Below are positions 34,356-44,874 of a stretch of 64,000 nt of DNA, in pieces. A program made the translations under genes and the position numbers. The stretch's first letter is position 1. Each line of letters begins with the position of its first letter. Under the pieces are notes generated by a model. The model ran no database searches and was not told the origin of the DNA. It was given only the letters and a program-made list of their open reading frames with translations. Source of the stretch: Escherichia coli (GTDB lineage Bacteria; Pseudomonadota; Gammaproteobacteria; Enterobacterales; Enterobacteriaceae); assembly GCF_024298765.1 (NCBI RefSeq), contig NZ_CP101210.1. The stretch is one strand, 5' to 3'.

Positions 34356-34721
34356 TCATTCGCCGCGATAGATACAACCTGCGGTGCAGGTTTCTTTTAC
34401 CATCACCGCACTTAACAGCGGCACAACCGGTTTAACTTGATCCCAAATCCATTTTGCTAAAATTTCGCTGGTTGGGTTTTCCAGACCTGGAATATCATTG
34501 AGATAATGGTGATCGAGACGCTCGTAGGTTGGCTTAAACGCCGCTTTCAGTTCAGCGAAATCGATAATCCAGCCCGTATGCGGATCGACTTCCCCGGTAA
34601 TTTCCAGTCGCACCATAAAGGAATGCCCGTGCAGGCGACCACATTTATGCCCTTCCGGGACGTGTGGTAAGCGGTGAGCGGCTTCGAAGGTGAAATCTTT
34701 AAATAACGTGGTGGACATCAT
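34356..34721 (-). CDS. queD: 6-carboxy-5,6,7,8-tetrahydropterin synthase
   Basis: Track ORF trimmed to [10 protein letters not shown] (121 aa); QueD/PTPS motifs ([15 protein letters not shown]). Confidence 0.88.
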   Translation of the reverse strand: MMSTTLFKDFTFEAAHRLPHVPEGHKCGRLHGHSFMVRLEITGEVDPHTGWIIDFAELKAAFKPTYERLDHHYLNDIPGLENPTSEILAKWIWDQVKPVVPLLSAVMVKETCTAGCIYRGE

Positions 34722-35036
34722 AATTTCTCTACATGACGATAAAACCGCCGTAGAGTACCGGAAAGGCTGTTTTTTCGCATTATCTAAAACGACTTTGTTG
34801 CGCAAAATCGCTGATTTATCTTAATGATTGGCTAAATTCATTTGTTTTTCATTGGGTTGGTTAATCTGTTTTGTTGTTAAAGACTATTGCTAAAACAGGT
34901 TAGTCGATTTGGTTATTAGTTATCGCTATCCCGTCTTTAATCCACACCGTTCACCCCGTTAACCTTACCTTCTCTTCTGTTTTATGGGCGCTGACAGGGC
35001 GCAGAAACAGCTTTGCTTACTGGAACATAACGACGC

Positions 35037-36836
35037 ATGACGACACAGGTCCCACCTTCCGCGTTGCTTCCGTTGAACCCGGAGCAACTGGCACGCCTTC
35101 AGGCGGCCACGACCGATTTAACTCCTACCCAGCTTGCCTGGGTTTCTGGCTATTTCTGGGGCGTGCTCAACCAGCAGCCTGCTGCGCTTGCAGCGACGCC
35201 AGCGCCCGCCGCAGAAATGCCGGGTATAACTATTATCTCCGCTTCGCAAACCGGCAATGCGCGCCGGGTTGCTGAAGCATTACGCGATGATTTATTAGCG
35301 GCAAAACTGAACGTTAAGCTGGTGAACGCGGGCGACTATAAATTCAAACAAATCGCCAGCGAAAAACTGCTCATCGTGGTGACGTCAACGCAAGGGGAAG
35401 GGGAACCGCCGGAAGAAGCCGTCGCGCTGCATAAGTTCCTGTTCTCCAAAAAAGCGCCAAAGCTGGAAAACACTGCATTTGCCGTGTTTAGCCTCGGCGA
35501 TAGCTCTTATGAATTTTTCTGCCAGTCCGGGAAAGATTTTGACAGCAAGCTGGCGGAACTGGGCGGTGAACGCCTGCTCGACCGTGTCGATGCCGACGTT
35601 GAATACCAGGCTGCTGCCATCGAGTGGCGCGCCCGCGTGGTTGATGCGCTTAAATCGCGTGCGCCTGTCACGGCACCTTCGCAATCCGTCGCTACTGGCG
35701 CGGTAAATGAAATCCACACCAGCCCGTACAGCAAAGACGCGCCGCTGGTGGCGAGCCTTTCGGTTAACCAGAAAATTACCGGGCGTAACTCTGAAAAAGA
35801 CGTTCGCCATATCGAAATTGACTTAGGTGACTCTGGCCTGCGTTACCAGCCGGGTGACGCGCTGGGCGTCTGGTATCAGAACGATCCGGCACTGGTGAAA
35901 GAACTTGTCGAACTGCTGTGGCTGAAAGGCGATGAACCTGTCACCGTTGACGGCAAAACGCTGACCCTGAGCGAAGCGCTACAGTGGCACTTTGAACTGA
36001 CCGTCAACACCGCGAATATTGTTGAGAACTACGCCACGCTTACCCGCAGCGAAACGCTGCTGCCGCTGGTGGGCGATAAAGCGAAGTTACAGCATTACGC
36101 CGCGACCACGCCGATTGTTGACATGGTGCGTTTCTCTCCGGCGCAACTGGATGCCGAAGCGCTGATTAACCTGCTGCGCCCGCTGACCCCGCGCCTGTAT
36201 TCCATCGCCTCCTCGCAGGCGGAAGTCGAGAACGAAGTACACGTCACCGTTGGCGTGGTGCGTTACGACGTGGAAGGCCGCGCCCGTGCCGGTGGTGCCT
36301 CCAGCTTCCTTGCGGACCGCGTGGAAGAAGAGGGCGAAGTCCGCGTATTTATCGAACATAACGACAACTTCCGCCTGCCAGCCAACCCAGAAACCCCGGT
36401 GATTATGATTGGCCCAGGCACCGGCATCGCGCCGTTCCGCGCCTTTATGCAGCAACGCGCCGCCGACGAAGCGCCGGGGAAAAACTGGCTGTTCTTTGGC
36501 AACCCGCACTTTACGGAAGATTTCCTCTACCAGGTGGAATGGCAGCGCTACGTCAAAGAGGGCGTGCTGACGCGTATCGATCTTGCCTGGTCGCGCGATC
36601 AAAAAGAAAAAATTTACGTACAAGACAAACTGCGCGAACAGGGCGCGGAGCTGTGGCGCTGGATCAATGACGGTGCCCATATTTATGTCTGCGGCGACGC
36701 TAATCGCATGGCGAAAGACGTTGAGCAGGCACTTCTGGAAGTGATTGCCGAATTTGGTGGCATGGACACCGAAGCGGCGGATGAATTTTTAAGTGAGCTG
36801 CGCGTAGAGCGCCGTTATCAGCGAGATGTCTACTAA
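35037..36836 (+). CDS. cysJ: Sulfite reductase [NADPH] flavoprotein alpha component
   Basis: 599-aa ORF with flavodoxin and FAD/NADPH-reductase domains. Confidence 0.95.
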   Translation: MTTQVPPSALLPLNPEQLARLQAATTDLTPTQLAWVSGYFWGVLNQQPAALAATPAPAAEMPGITIISASQTGNARRVAEALRDDLLAAKLNVKLVNAGDYKFKQIASEKLLIVVTSTQGEGEPPEEAVALHKFLFSKKAPKLENTAFAVFSLGDSSYEFFCQSGKDFDSKLAELGGERLLDRVDADVEYQAAAIEWRARVVDALKSRAPVTAPSQSVATGAVNEIHTSPYSKDAPLVASLSVNQKITGRNSEKDVRHIEIDLGDSGLRYQPGDALGVWYQNDPALVKELVELLWLKGDEPVTVDGKTLTLSEALQWHFELTVNTANIVENYATLTRSETLLPLVGDKAKLQHYAATTPIVDMVRFSPAQLDAEALINLLRPLTPRLYSIASSQAEVENEVHVTVGVVRYDVEGRARAGGASSFLADRVEEEGEVRVFIEHNDNFRLPANPETPVIMIGPGTGIAPFRAFMQQRAADEAPGKNWLFFGNPHFTEDFLYQVEWQRYVKEGVLTRIDLAWSRDQKEKIYVQDKLREQGAELWRWINDGAHIYVCGDANRMAKDVEQALLEVIAEFGGMDTEAADEFLSELRVERRYQRDVY

Positions 36837-38548
36837 TGAGCGAAAAACATCCAGGGCCTTTAGTGGTCGAAGGAAAACTGACAGACGCCGAGCGCATGAA
36901 GCTTGAAAGCAACTACCTGCGCGGCACCATTGCGGAAGATTTAAACGACGGTCTGACCGGCGGCTTTAAGGGCGACAACTTCCTGCTGATCCGCTTCCAC
37001 GGCATGTATCAGCAGGATGACCGCGACATCCGCGCCGAACGTGCTGAACAGAAGCTGGAGCCGCGCCACGCGATGCTGTTGCGCTGCCGTCTGCCGGGTG
37101 GCGTGATCACCACCAAACAGTGGCAGGCGATAGACAAATTTGCCGGTGAAAACACCATCTATGGCAGCATTCGCCTGACCAACCGCCAGACGTTTCAGTT
37201 CCACGGCATTCTGAAAAAGAACGTCAAACCGGTGCACCAGATGCTGCACTCGGTCGGCCTTGATGCGCTGGCGACTGCTAACGACATGAACCGTAACGTA
37301 CTCTGCACCTCGAACCCTTACGAGTCGCAACTGCACGCGGAAGCATATGAATGGGCGAAGAAAATCTCTGAACATCTGCTGCCTCGTACCCGCGCGTATG
37401 CGGAGATCTGGCTCGATCAGGAAAAAGTCGCCACTACTGATGAAGAGCCGATCCTTGGTCAGACCTACCTGCCGCGTAAGTTCAAAACCACGGTAGTGAT
37501 CCCGCCGCAGAACGATATCGATCTGCACGCCAACGACATGAACTTCGTGGCAATCGCCGAAAACGGCAAGCTGGTGGGCTTTAACCTGCTGGTGGGCGGT
37601 GGGCTTTCCATCGAACATGGCAACAAGAAAACCTACGCCCGCACGGCGAGTGAGTTTGGCTATCTGCCGCTGGAGCATACGTTGGCAGTGGCGGAAGCCG
37701 TCGTGACAACTCAGCGTGACTGGGGTAACCGAACCGATCGTAAAAATGCCAAAACCAAATACACGCTGGAGCGCGTAGGGGTTGAGACGTTTAAAGCGGA
37801 AGTTGAACGTCGCGCGGGGATCAAATTCGAGCCGATTCGCCCGTATGAGTTTACCGGACGCGGCGATCGTATTGGCTGGGTTAAGGGCATTGATGATAAC
37901 TGGCACCTGACGCTGTTTATCGAAAATGGTCGCATTCTTGATTATCCGGGACGTCCGCTGAAAACCGGCTTGCTGGAGATCGCGAAGATCCACAAAGGTG
38001 ATTTCCGCATTACGGCGAACCAGAATCTGATCATCGCCGGCGTGCCGGAAAGCGAGAAAGCGAAGATCGAGAAGGTCGCCAAAGAAAGCGGGTTAATGAA
38101 TGCCGTCACGCCGCAGCGTGAAAACTCAATGGCCTGCGTGTCATTCCCGACTTGCCCGCTGGCGATGGCGGAAGCGGAGCGTTTCCTACCGTCTTTTATC
38201 GACAACATCGATAATTTAATGGCGAAACATGGTGTCAGCGATGAGCATATCGTGATGCGTGTAACAGGCTGCCCGAACGGTTGTGGTCGCGCGATGCTGG
38301 CGGAAGTGGGTCTGGTGGGGAAAGCGCCGGGTCGCTACAACCTGCATCTTGGCGGCAACCGCATTGGGACACGTATCCCACGGATGTATAAAGAAAACAT
38401 CACCGAGCCGGAAATCCTGGCGTCGCTTGATGAACTGATAGGGCGCTGGGCGAAAGAGCGCGAAGCGGGTGAAGGCTTCGGCGACTTTACGGTGCGTGCG
38501 GGCATCATTCGCCCGGTGCTCGATCCGGCGCGCGATTTGTGGGATTAA
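36836..38548 (+). CDS. cysI: Sulfite reductase [NADPH] hemoprotein beta component
   Basis: 570-aa ORF with siroheme/4Fe-4S cysteine motifs (CPNGCGRA); start overlaps the cysJ stop. Confidence 0.95.
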   Translation: MSEKHPGPLVVEGKLTDAERMKLESNYLRGTIAEDLNDGLTGGFKGDNFLLIRFHGMYQQDDRDIRAERAEQKLEPRHAMLLRCRLPGGVITTKQWQAIDKFAGENTIYGSIRLTNRQTFQFHGILKKNVKPVHQMLHSVGLDALATANDMNRNVLCTSNPYESQLHAEAYEWAKKISEHLLPRTRAYAEIWLDQEKVATTDEEPILGQTYLPRKFKTTVVIPPQNDIDLHANDMNFVAIAENGKLVGFNLLVGGGLSIEHGNKKTYARTASEFGYLPLEHTLAVAEAVVTTQRDWGNRTDRKNAKTKYTLERVGVETFKAEVERRAGIKFEPIRPYEFTGRGDRIGWVKGIDDNWHLTLFIENGRILDYPGRPLKTGLLEIAKIHKGDFRITANQNLIIAGVPESEKAKIEKVAKESGLMNAVTPQRENSMACVSFPTCPLAMAEAERFLPSFIDNIDNLMAKHGVSDEHIVMRVTGCPNGCGRAMLAEVGLVGKAPGRYNLHLGGNRIGTRIPRMYKENITEPEILASLDELIGRWAKEREAGEGFGDFTVRAGIIRPVLDPARDLWD

Positions 38549-38564
38549 CCATTAGCCCGGTCTT

Positions 38565-38600
38565 GTAGGCCTGATAAGACGCGTGAGCGTCGCATCAGGC
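38565..38600. repeat. REP element
   Basis: AGGCCTGATAAGACGCGTGAGCGTCGCATCAGGC palindrome between cysI and cysH. Confidence 0.7.
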
Positions 38601-38621
38601 AAGGCAAACAGTGAGGAATCT

Positions 38622-39356
38622 ATGTCCAAACTCGATCTAAACGCCCTGAACGAACTGCCGAAGGTAGATCGCATTCTGGCGCTGGCGGAAACTAACGCCG
38701 AACTGGAAAAACTGGACGCTGAAGGCCGCGTTGCCTGGGCGCTGGATAATCTGCCCGGTGAATATGTACTTTCTTCCAGCTTTGGCATTCAGGCGGCGGT
38801 GAGCCTGCATCTGGTGAATCAGATTCGCCCGGATATTCCGGTGATCCTCACCGATACCGGCTATCTGTTCCCAGAAACCTACCGCTTTATTGACGAGTTA
38901 ACGGACAAACTCAAGCTCAACCTGAAAGTGTACCGCGCTACCGAAAGCGCCGCCTGGCAGGAAGCGCGCTACGGTAAACTGTGGGAGCAGGGTGTTGAGG
39001 GGATTGAGAAGTACAACGAGATCAACAAAGTCGAACCGATGAACCGGGCGCTGAAAGAACTGAATGCGCAAACCTGGTTTGCTGGCCTGCGCCGTGAACA
39101 ATCCGGCAGCCGCGCCAATTTACCGGTGCTGGCAATTCAGCGTGGCGTATTTAAAGTGCTGCCGATTATCGACTGGGATAACCGAACTATTTATCAGTAC
39201 CTGCAAAAACATGGCCTGAAATATCACCCATTATGGGACGAAGGATATTTATCGGTCGGTGATACCCATACAACCCGTAAATGGGAACCCGGCATGGCGG
39301 AAGAAGAAACGCGTTTCTTTGGCTTAAAAAGAGAATGTGGGTTACACGAAGGGTAA
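38622..39356 (+). CDS. cysH: Phosphoadenosine phosphosulfate (PAPS) reductase
   Basis: Track ORF 38583-39356 trimmed to the ATG at 38622 ([10 protein letters not shown], 244 aa); the upstream extension lies inside the REP element. Confidence 0.9.
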   Translation: MSKLDLNALNELPKVDRILALAETNAELEKLDAEGRVAWALDNLPGEYVLSSSFGIQAAVSLHLVNQIRPDIPVILTDTGYLFPETYRFIDELTDKLKLNLKVYRATESAAWQEARYGKLWEQGVEGIEKYNEINKVEPMNRALKELNAQTWFAGLRREQSGSRANLPVLAIQRGVFKVLPIIDWDNRTIYQYLQKHGLKYHPLWDEGYLSVGDTHTTRKWEPGMAEEETRFFGLKRECGLHEG

Positions 39357-39374
39357 ATATTGCCGGATAAATTA

Positions 39375-39410
39375 AACGCCCCTGTCAGAAATGATGGGGC
39401 GTTTTTATTT
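39375..39410 (+). terminator. cysH Rho-independent terminator
   Basis: AAACGCCCC ... GGGGCGTTT hairpin followed by TTTATTTT. Confidence 0.75.
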
Positions 39411-39619
39411 TGCGAGCAGCATTCCGGCATTTAAAGGTGAACATCGCAGGGAGAATTAACAGGTATAGAATGGAGTTGGGTGCTTGAGGCTGTCTGGCGT
39501 TAAGCATTCGCGAGGTTCCAGATGGACAAAAGCCCCAGGCGATATTTCTATCAACCTGAGGCCAGCGTTCGAACCTAAGCAATTCGAATGTTAGTCTCTT
39601 CTTTGCAGGGAGGCAAGAC

Positions 39620-39772
39620 ATGCTGACAAAATATGCCCTTGTGGCAATCATCGTACTGTGTTGTACAGTACTGGGATTCACGCTGATGGTAGGCGACTCG
39701 TTGTGTGAGTTGAGTATCAGAGAACGTGGTATGGAGTTTAAGGCAGTTCTCGCTTACGAATCGAAGAAGTAG
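39620..39772 (+). CDS. Hok/Gef-family type I toxin (50 aa), hokX-like
   Basis: ATG at 39620 with SD GGGAGG 7 nt upstream. Translation [50 protein letters not shown]: one TM helix then SLCE...AYES, diagnostic of Hok/Gef. A GC hairpin follows (CGCGGGGG-TAAAA-CCCCGCG, 39778-39797). Below the ORF-track length cutoff. Confidence 0.62.
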   Translation: MLTKYALVAIIVLCCTVLGFTLMVGDSLCELSIRERGMEFKAVLAYESKK

Positions 39773-39829
39773 CCACCACGCGGGGGTAAAACCCCGCGTA
39801 CTGAATTGTGATGGTTTGGTCTCCTGCAC

Positions 39830-40009
39830 CCTTTTTTAATTTATATTGTTTATGTGAATATTATGCCTATGTTTATTATTTATATATATTATGGATGAAA
39901 ATCATTTAATTATTCACAATGTAAATATTTTATTGAAAGATATATGTCACAGATAATTTTTAATATATGCGTGAATATCCTTTAAGTTTTACTGAAGGAT
40001 AAAAATATT
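39830..40009 (+). promoter_or_regulatory. AT-rich cas3 upstream region (probable H-NS-silenced promoter)
   Basis: Strongly AT-rich (TATATATAT, ATTTAATTATT) immediately upstream of cas3. Confidence 0.4.
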
Positions 40010-42667
40010 GTGACTTTCTTTTATTTCTGGGGAAAAACCCGACGCGGCGAGAAAGACGGGGGCGAAGACTATCACCTTCTTTGCTGGCATTCGCTGGATG
40101 TAGCCGCGATGGGCTATTTAATGGTTAAAAGCAATTGCTTCGGACTGGCTGGCTATTTTCGTCAATTAGGTTTCGCTGACACGGAGCTGGCAGCACAATT
40201 TTTCGCCTGGCTGCTGTGCTGGCACGATATTGGAAAATTTGCCCGCTCTTTTCAGCAACTTTACCTGCACCCACAACTCAAGGTTCCGGAAGGCGCAAGA
40301 AAGAATTACGAAAAGATCTCTCATTCAACGCTGGGCTACTGGTTGTGGAACCATTATTTAAGTGAATGTCAGGAGTTGCTTCCTTCATCTTCACTCTCTC
40401 CGCGCAAACTTAAACGGGTGATGGAGATGTGGATGCCCATGACTACCGGGCATCATGGTCGACCCCCTGAGCGTATGGATGAACTGGATAATTTTCTGCC
40501 TGAAGACAAAGGTGCCGCACGAGATTTTCTCCTTGCAATCAAGGTACTGTTTCCGCTCATAGAGATCCCCACATTCTGGGATGATGACGAGGGCGTTGAA
40601 CTTATAAAACAACTTTCCTGGTATATCTCTGCAACCGTCGTACTTGCAGACTGGACGGGATCGTCAACGCGATATTTTCCACGCGTTGCACAGGCAATGG
40701 ATATTGAAGATTACTGGCAGAAAACTTTAGTTCAGGCTCAAAACGCCTTAACCGTCTTTCCTCCAAAAGCAGAAAGCGCGCCTTTCACCGGAATTAATAC
40801 GCTGTTTCCTTTTATTGAGAATCCGACACCGCTACAGCAAAAGGTGCTGGATCTGGATATCAGCCAGCCGGGACCACAGTTATTTATTCTGGAGGATGTA
40901 ACCGGCGCAGGTAAAACAGAAGCGGCGCTTATCCTGGCGCACAGGTTGATGGCTGCGGGGAAAGCGCAGGGTTTGTTTTTTGGCCTGCCAACAATGGCAA
41001 CGGCCAATGCCATGTACGATCGACTGGTCAAAACCTGGCTTGCTTTCTATTCGCCAGAGTCCCGCCCCAGCCTGGTGCTGGCACACAGTGCCCGAACATT
41101 AATGGACCGCTTTAATGAATCACTCTGGTCCGGTGATTTAGTCGGGTCAGAAGAACCGGATGAACAAACGTTCAGTCAGGGATGTGCGGCCTGGTTTGCC
41201 GACAGTAACAAGAAGGCGCTACTGGCTGAAATTGGCGTCGGCACGCTGGATCAGGCGATGATGGCTGTGATGCCGTTCAAACATAATAATCTGCGGCTTC
41301 TGGGACTGAGTAACAAAATCCTGCTGGCTGATGAGATCCATGCCTGTGACGCTTACATGTCATGCATTCTTGAAGGGCTGATCGAGCGGCAGGCGCGTGG
41401 CGGAAACAGCGTCATTTTGCTTTCTGCCACGTTATCTCAACAGCAGCGCGACAAACTCGTCGCCGCCTTTGCGCGTGGTATAGAGGGCCAGCAAGAAGCT
41501 CCGTTGCTGGAAAAGGATGATTACCCCTGGCTGACGCACGTTACGAAATCCGATGTGCATTCACACCGGGTAGCGACGCGCAAAGACGTTGAGCGCAGCG
41601 TGAGTGTGGGTTGGCTTCATAGCGAACAAGAGTGTATTGCGCGTATCGAATCGGCGGTAAGTCAGGGGAAATGTATCGCCTGGATCCGAAATTCTGTCGA
41701 TGACGCCATCCAGGTTCATCGTCAGTTACTTGCCCGCGGCGTCATTCCTGCTTCCAGCCTTTCACTTTTTCATAGCCGCTTTGCTTTTAGCGATCGCCAG
41801 CGAATTGAAACGGAGACGCTGGCACGCTTTGGTAAAGAAGACTGTTCACAGCGTGCCGGAAAAGTCCTCATTTGTACTCAAGTCCTGGAGCAGAGCGTTG
41901 ACTGCGACCTGGACGAAATGATTTCCGACCTTGCCCCTGTTGATTTACTGATCCAGCGGGCGGGGCGATTACAGCGGCATATCCGCGATATTAATGGTCT
42001 GTTAAAGCGTGACGGAAAAGACGAGCGTTCCCCTCCTGAATTTCTGATTCTGGCTCCCGTCTGGGACGACTCTCCGGGTGACGAATGGTTTGGCAGCGCC
42101 ATGCGTAACAGTGCATATGTCTACCCCGATCATGGGCGAATCTGGCTGACGCAGCGTGTGCTGCGTGAGCAAGGCGCTATTCAGATGCCACACGCAGCCC
42201 GGCTTCTTATTGAATCAGTCTACGGTGAAGACGTGGCAATGCCGGAAGGATTTGCCCGCAGTGAGCAGGAGCAAGTGGGCAAATATTACTGCGATCGCGC
42301 AATGGCTAAAAAGTTTGTCCTGAACTTCAAGCCTGGCTATGCCGCCAATATCAACGATTACCTTCCGGAAAAGCTGTCGACACGTCTGGCTGAGGAATCT
42401 GTTTCCCTGTGGCTGGCTACCTGTATTGACGGTGTGGTGAAGCCTTATGCCACCGGTGCTCACGCATGGGAAATGAGCGTTGTCAGAGTGCGTCGAAGCT
42501 GGTGGAAAAAACATCGGGATGAGTTTTCTTTACTGGAAGGGGATGCGTTCAGGCAGTGGTGCATTGAACAGCGGCAAGATCCGGAGATGGCAAACGTGAT
42601 TTTAGTCACCGATGACGAAAGTTGCGGGTATTCGGCTATGGAAGGATTGACTGGCAAGGTTGGTTGA
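40010..42667 (+). CDS. cas3: Type I-E CRISPR-associated nuclease/helicase Cas3
   Basis: 885-aa ORF; HD nuclease motifs (HSLDVAA, CWHDIGKF), helicase Walker A (TGAGKTEA) and DExH box (LLADEIHACD). Confidence 0.92.
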   Translation: MTFFYFWGKTRRGEKDGGEDYHLLCWHSLDVAAMGYLMVKSNCFGLAGYFRQLGFADTELAAQFFAWLLCWHDIGKFARSFQQLYLHPQLKVPEGARKNYEKISHSTLGYWLWNHYLSECQELLPSSSLSPRKLKRVMEMWMPMTTGHHGRPPERMDELDNFLPEDKGAARDFLLAIKVLFPLIEIPTFWDDDEGVELIKQLSWYISATVVLADWTGSSTRYFPRVAQAMDIEDYWQKTLVQAQNALTVFPPKAESAPFTGINTLFPFIENPTPLQQKVLDLDISQPGPQLFILEDVTGAGKTEAALILAHRLMAAGKAQGLFFGLPTMATANAMYDRLVKTWLAFYSPESRPSLVLAHSARTLMDRFNESLWSGDLVGSEEPDEQTFSQGCAAWFADSNKKALLAEIGVGTLDQAMMAVMPFKHNNLRLLGLSNKILLADEIHACDAYMSCILEGLIERQARGGNSVILLSATLSQQQRDKLVAAFARGIEGQQEAPLLEKDDYPWLTHVTKSDVHSHRVATRKDVERSVSVGWLHSEQECIARIESAVSQGKCIAWIRNSVDDAIQVHRQLLARGVIPASSLSLFHSRFAFSDRQRIETETLARFGKEDCSQRAGKVLICTQVLEQSVDCDLDEMISDLAPVDLLIQRAGRLQRHIRDINGLLKRDGKDERSPPEFLILAPVWDDSPGDEWFGSAMRNSAYVYPDHGRIWLTQRVLREQGAIQMPHAARLLIESVYGEDVAMPEGFARSEQEQVGKYYCDRAMAKKFVLNFKPGYAANINDYLPEKLSTRLAEESVSLWLATCIDGVVKPYATGAHAWEMSVVRVRRSWWKKHRDEFSLLEGDAFRQWCIEQRQDPEMANVILVTDDESCGYSAMEGLTGKVG

Positions 42668-42764
42668 GATGCCTGCGACAGGGCTCTCTGAATAGTTGAT
42701 ACACAGAAAAAGATGGAAGGATGGACAACCGGCCAGGGATGGTCTTTTTTACGAGAGGATGCGT

Positions 42765-44327
42765 ATGAACTCGTTTTCACTTCTGACAACCCCGTGGTTG
42801 CCCGTTCGTTTTAAAGACGGAACAACAGGCAAACTGGCGCCAGTCCATCTGGCGGATGAAAATGTTGTCGATATAGCTGCGCCGCGGGCAGATCTCCAGG
42901 GGGCGGCATGGCAGTTTTTGCTGGGGCTACTACAAACCAGCTTCGCGCCAAAAGATCATCGTCGTTGGGATGATATCTGGGAAGACGGACTGGAAGCTGA
43001 AAAGCTACGGGAGGCATTGCTGCCATTAGAGCACGCTTTCCAGTTTGGGCCAGATTCCCCTTCATTTATGCAGGATTTTGAGGCGCTCACGGGAGATAAA
43101 GTTCCGGTCGCTTCGCTACTGCCTGAGATTCCCGGCGTTCAAACAACAAAGTTTAATAAAGACCACTTTATCAAGCGTGGTGTAACGGAACACCTGTGCC
43201 CACAGTGTTCTGCACTAGCCTTGTTCTCTCTACAGTTAAATGCGCCGTCAGGCGGCAAAGGCTATCGCACCGGCTTACGCGGCGGTGGGCCGATGACTAC
43301 TCTGATTGAATTACAGGAATATCAGGGCAATCAACAAACTCCCTTGTGGCGCAAAATGTGGCTCAACGTGATGCCGCAGGATGAAGCCGACTTACCGCTA
43401 CCCAAAAAATTTGACGGTCTGGTTTTCCCCTGGCTTGGCCCGACGCGCACCAGCGAACTGGCCGGTGCGGTGGTAACCGATGATCAGGTTAATAAACTCC
43501 AGGCGTACTGGGGAATGCCGCGGCGTATTCGTATTGATTTTAATACCACGACAGTCGGCAACTGCGATATTTGCGGCGAGCAGAACGACGCGCTCCTGAG
43601 CCTGATGACGACCAAAAATTACGGTGCGAATTATGCCATGTGGCAGCATCCTTTAACGCCTTACCGTATACCACTTAAAGAGGGTGGCGAGTTTTACTCG
43701 GTCAAACCACAACCGGGCGGTTTAATCTGGCGCGACTGGTTAGGCCTTATCGAAACGGGTAAGTCAGAAAACAATACGGAACTTCCTGCACTGGTGGTGA
43801 AACTCTTTAATGCCAGCAGTCTGAAACAGGCAAAAGTGGGCCTATGGGGATTTGGTTATGATTTTGACAACATGAAAGCGCGCTGTTGGTACGAACACCA
43901 TTTCCCGCTACTGCTCAATAAAAAAGAAGGCCAGATACCGAAGCTGCGGCTGGCTGCGCAAACGGCTTCACGGATTCTGAGTCTGTTACGGAGTGCATTG
44001 AAAGAAGCATGGTTCTCCGATCCAAAAGGTGTAAGGGGTGATTTCAGTTTTGTGGATATCGACTTCTGGAACAAAACTCAGCATCGCTTCCTGAGGTTAG
44101 TGCGCCAAATTGAAGAAGGTCAGGATGCGGATGAATTACTCGGCAAATGGCAAAAGGAAATTTGGTTATTCGCGCGTCAGGATTTTGACGAGCGTGTATT
44201 CACTAATCCTTATGAGCCCGTTGATTTGAAACGCGTCATGACCGCGCGCAAGAAATATTTTACAACATCGGCGGAGAAGCAAAGTGCTAAAGCCGCCAGG
44301 GAGAAAAAGCAGGAGGCTGCTGAATGA
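42765..44327 (+). CDS. casA: Cascade large subunit Cse1 (CasA)
   Basis: Track ORF 42696-44327 (TTG start) trimmed to the ATG at 42765 with SD GAGAGG; about 520 aa, second gene of the cas operon. Confidence 0.85.
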   Translation: MNSFSLLTTPWLPVRFKDGTTGKLAPVHLADENVVDIAAPRADLQGAAWQFLLGLLQTSFAPKDHRRWDDIWEDGLEAEKLREALLPLEHAFQFGPDSPSFMQDFEALTGDKVPVASLLPEIPGVQTTKFNKDHFIKRGVTEHLCPQCSALALFSLQLNAPSGGKGYRTGLRGGGPMTTLIELQEYQGNQQTPLWRKMWLNVMPQDEADLPLPKKFDGLVFPWLGPTRTSELAGAVVTDDQVNKLQAYWGMPRRIRIDFNTTTVGNCDICGEQNDALLSLMTTKNYGANYAMWQHPLTPYRIPLKEGGEFYSVKPQPGGLIWRDWLGLIETGKSENNTELPALVVKLFNASSLKQAKVGLWGFGYDFDNMKARCWYEHHFPLLLNKKEGQIPKLRLAAQTASRILSLLRSALKEAWFSDPKGVRGDFSFVDIDFWNKTQHRFLRLVRQIEEGQDADELLGKWQKEIWLFARQDFDERVFTNPYEPVDLKRVMTARKKYFTTSAEKQSAKAAREKKQEAAE

Positions 44328-44860
44328 GTATTGTAAAAGAGGAGCACAAAGCCACGCTGCGTAAATGGCACGAAGAGTTGCAGGAAAAACGCGGCAATCG
44401 TGCCAGTCTGCGGCGTAGCACAACGGTTAATGATGTTTGTCTGTCAGAAGGGTTTCGTTCTCTGCTGATGCAGACCCACACGTTGTGGAAAATTGAATCA
44501 CAGGAGTGGCGTTTTACCGCACTGGCGCTGGTTGCCGCCGTTGCCGCCAATGTAAAAGCCATTGATGAACGGCAGCCTTTTGCCGCGCAGTTGGCGGCGG
44601 TAATGTCTGAGGGGCGTTTTACTCGCCTGTCGGCAGTCAAAACGCCGGATGAATTACTGCGCCAGTTACGTCGCGCGGTCAAATTATTAAATGGTTCCGT
44701 CAATCTTATCTCTTTGGCAGACGATATTTTCCGCTGGTGCCAGGAGAGCGACGATCTGCTCAATCATCACCGCCGCCAGCAGCGGCCAACAGAATTTATC
44801 CGTATCCGCTGGGCGCTGGAATATTACCAGGCTGGCGACGCCGATAACGAACAAAATTAA
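44324..44860 (+). CDS. casB: Cascade small subunit Cse2 (CasB)
   Basis: 178-aa ORF overlapping the casA stop. Confidence 0.85.
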   Translation: MSIVKEEHKATLRKWHEELQEKRGNRASLRRSTTVNDVCLSEGFRSLLMQTHTLWKIESQEWRFTALALVAAVAANVKAIDERQPFAAQLAAVMSEGRFTRLSAVKTPDELLRQLRRAVKLLNGSVNLISLADDIFRWCQESDDLLNHHRRQQRPTEFIRIRWALEYYQAGDADNEQN

Positions 44861-44874
44861 TAAAGGACTATCTC

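Noticed and set aside
38583-38621. N-terminal extensions suggested by the ORF track (cysH here; similarly rpoS, surE, ygcS, ygcW, queD, ygcN, ygcO, ygcQ, gudD, casA, casE, cas1)
   Set aside because: The longest ORFs start at upstream in-frame codons lacking an SD or lying inside REP elements or upstream genes; internal starts with an SD reproduce the expected protein lengths.
39385-39829. Minus-strand ORFs 39385-39681 (98 aa) and 39575-39829 (84 aa)
   Set aside because: They overlap the hok-like ORF antisense, have no convincing RBS, and read through a structured region; more likely they mark the antisense RNA region than proteins.
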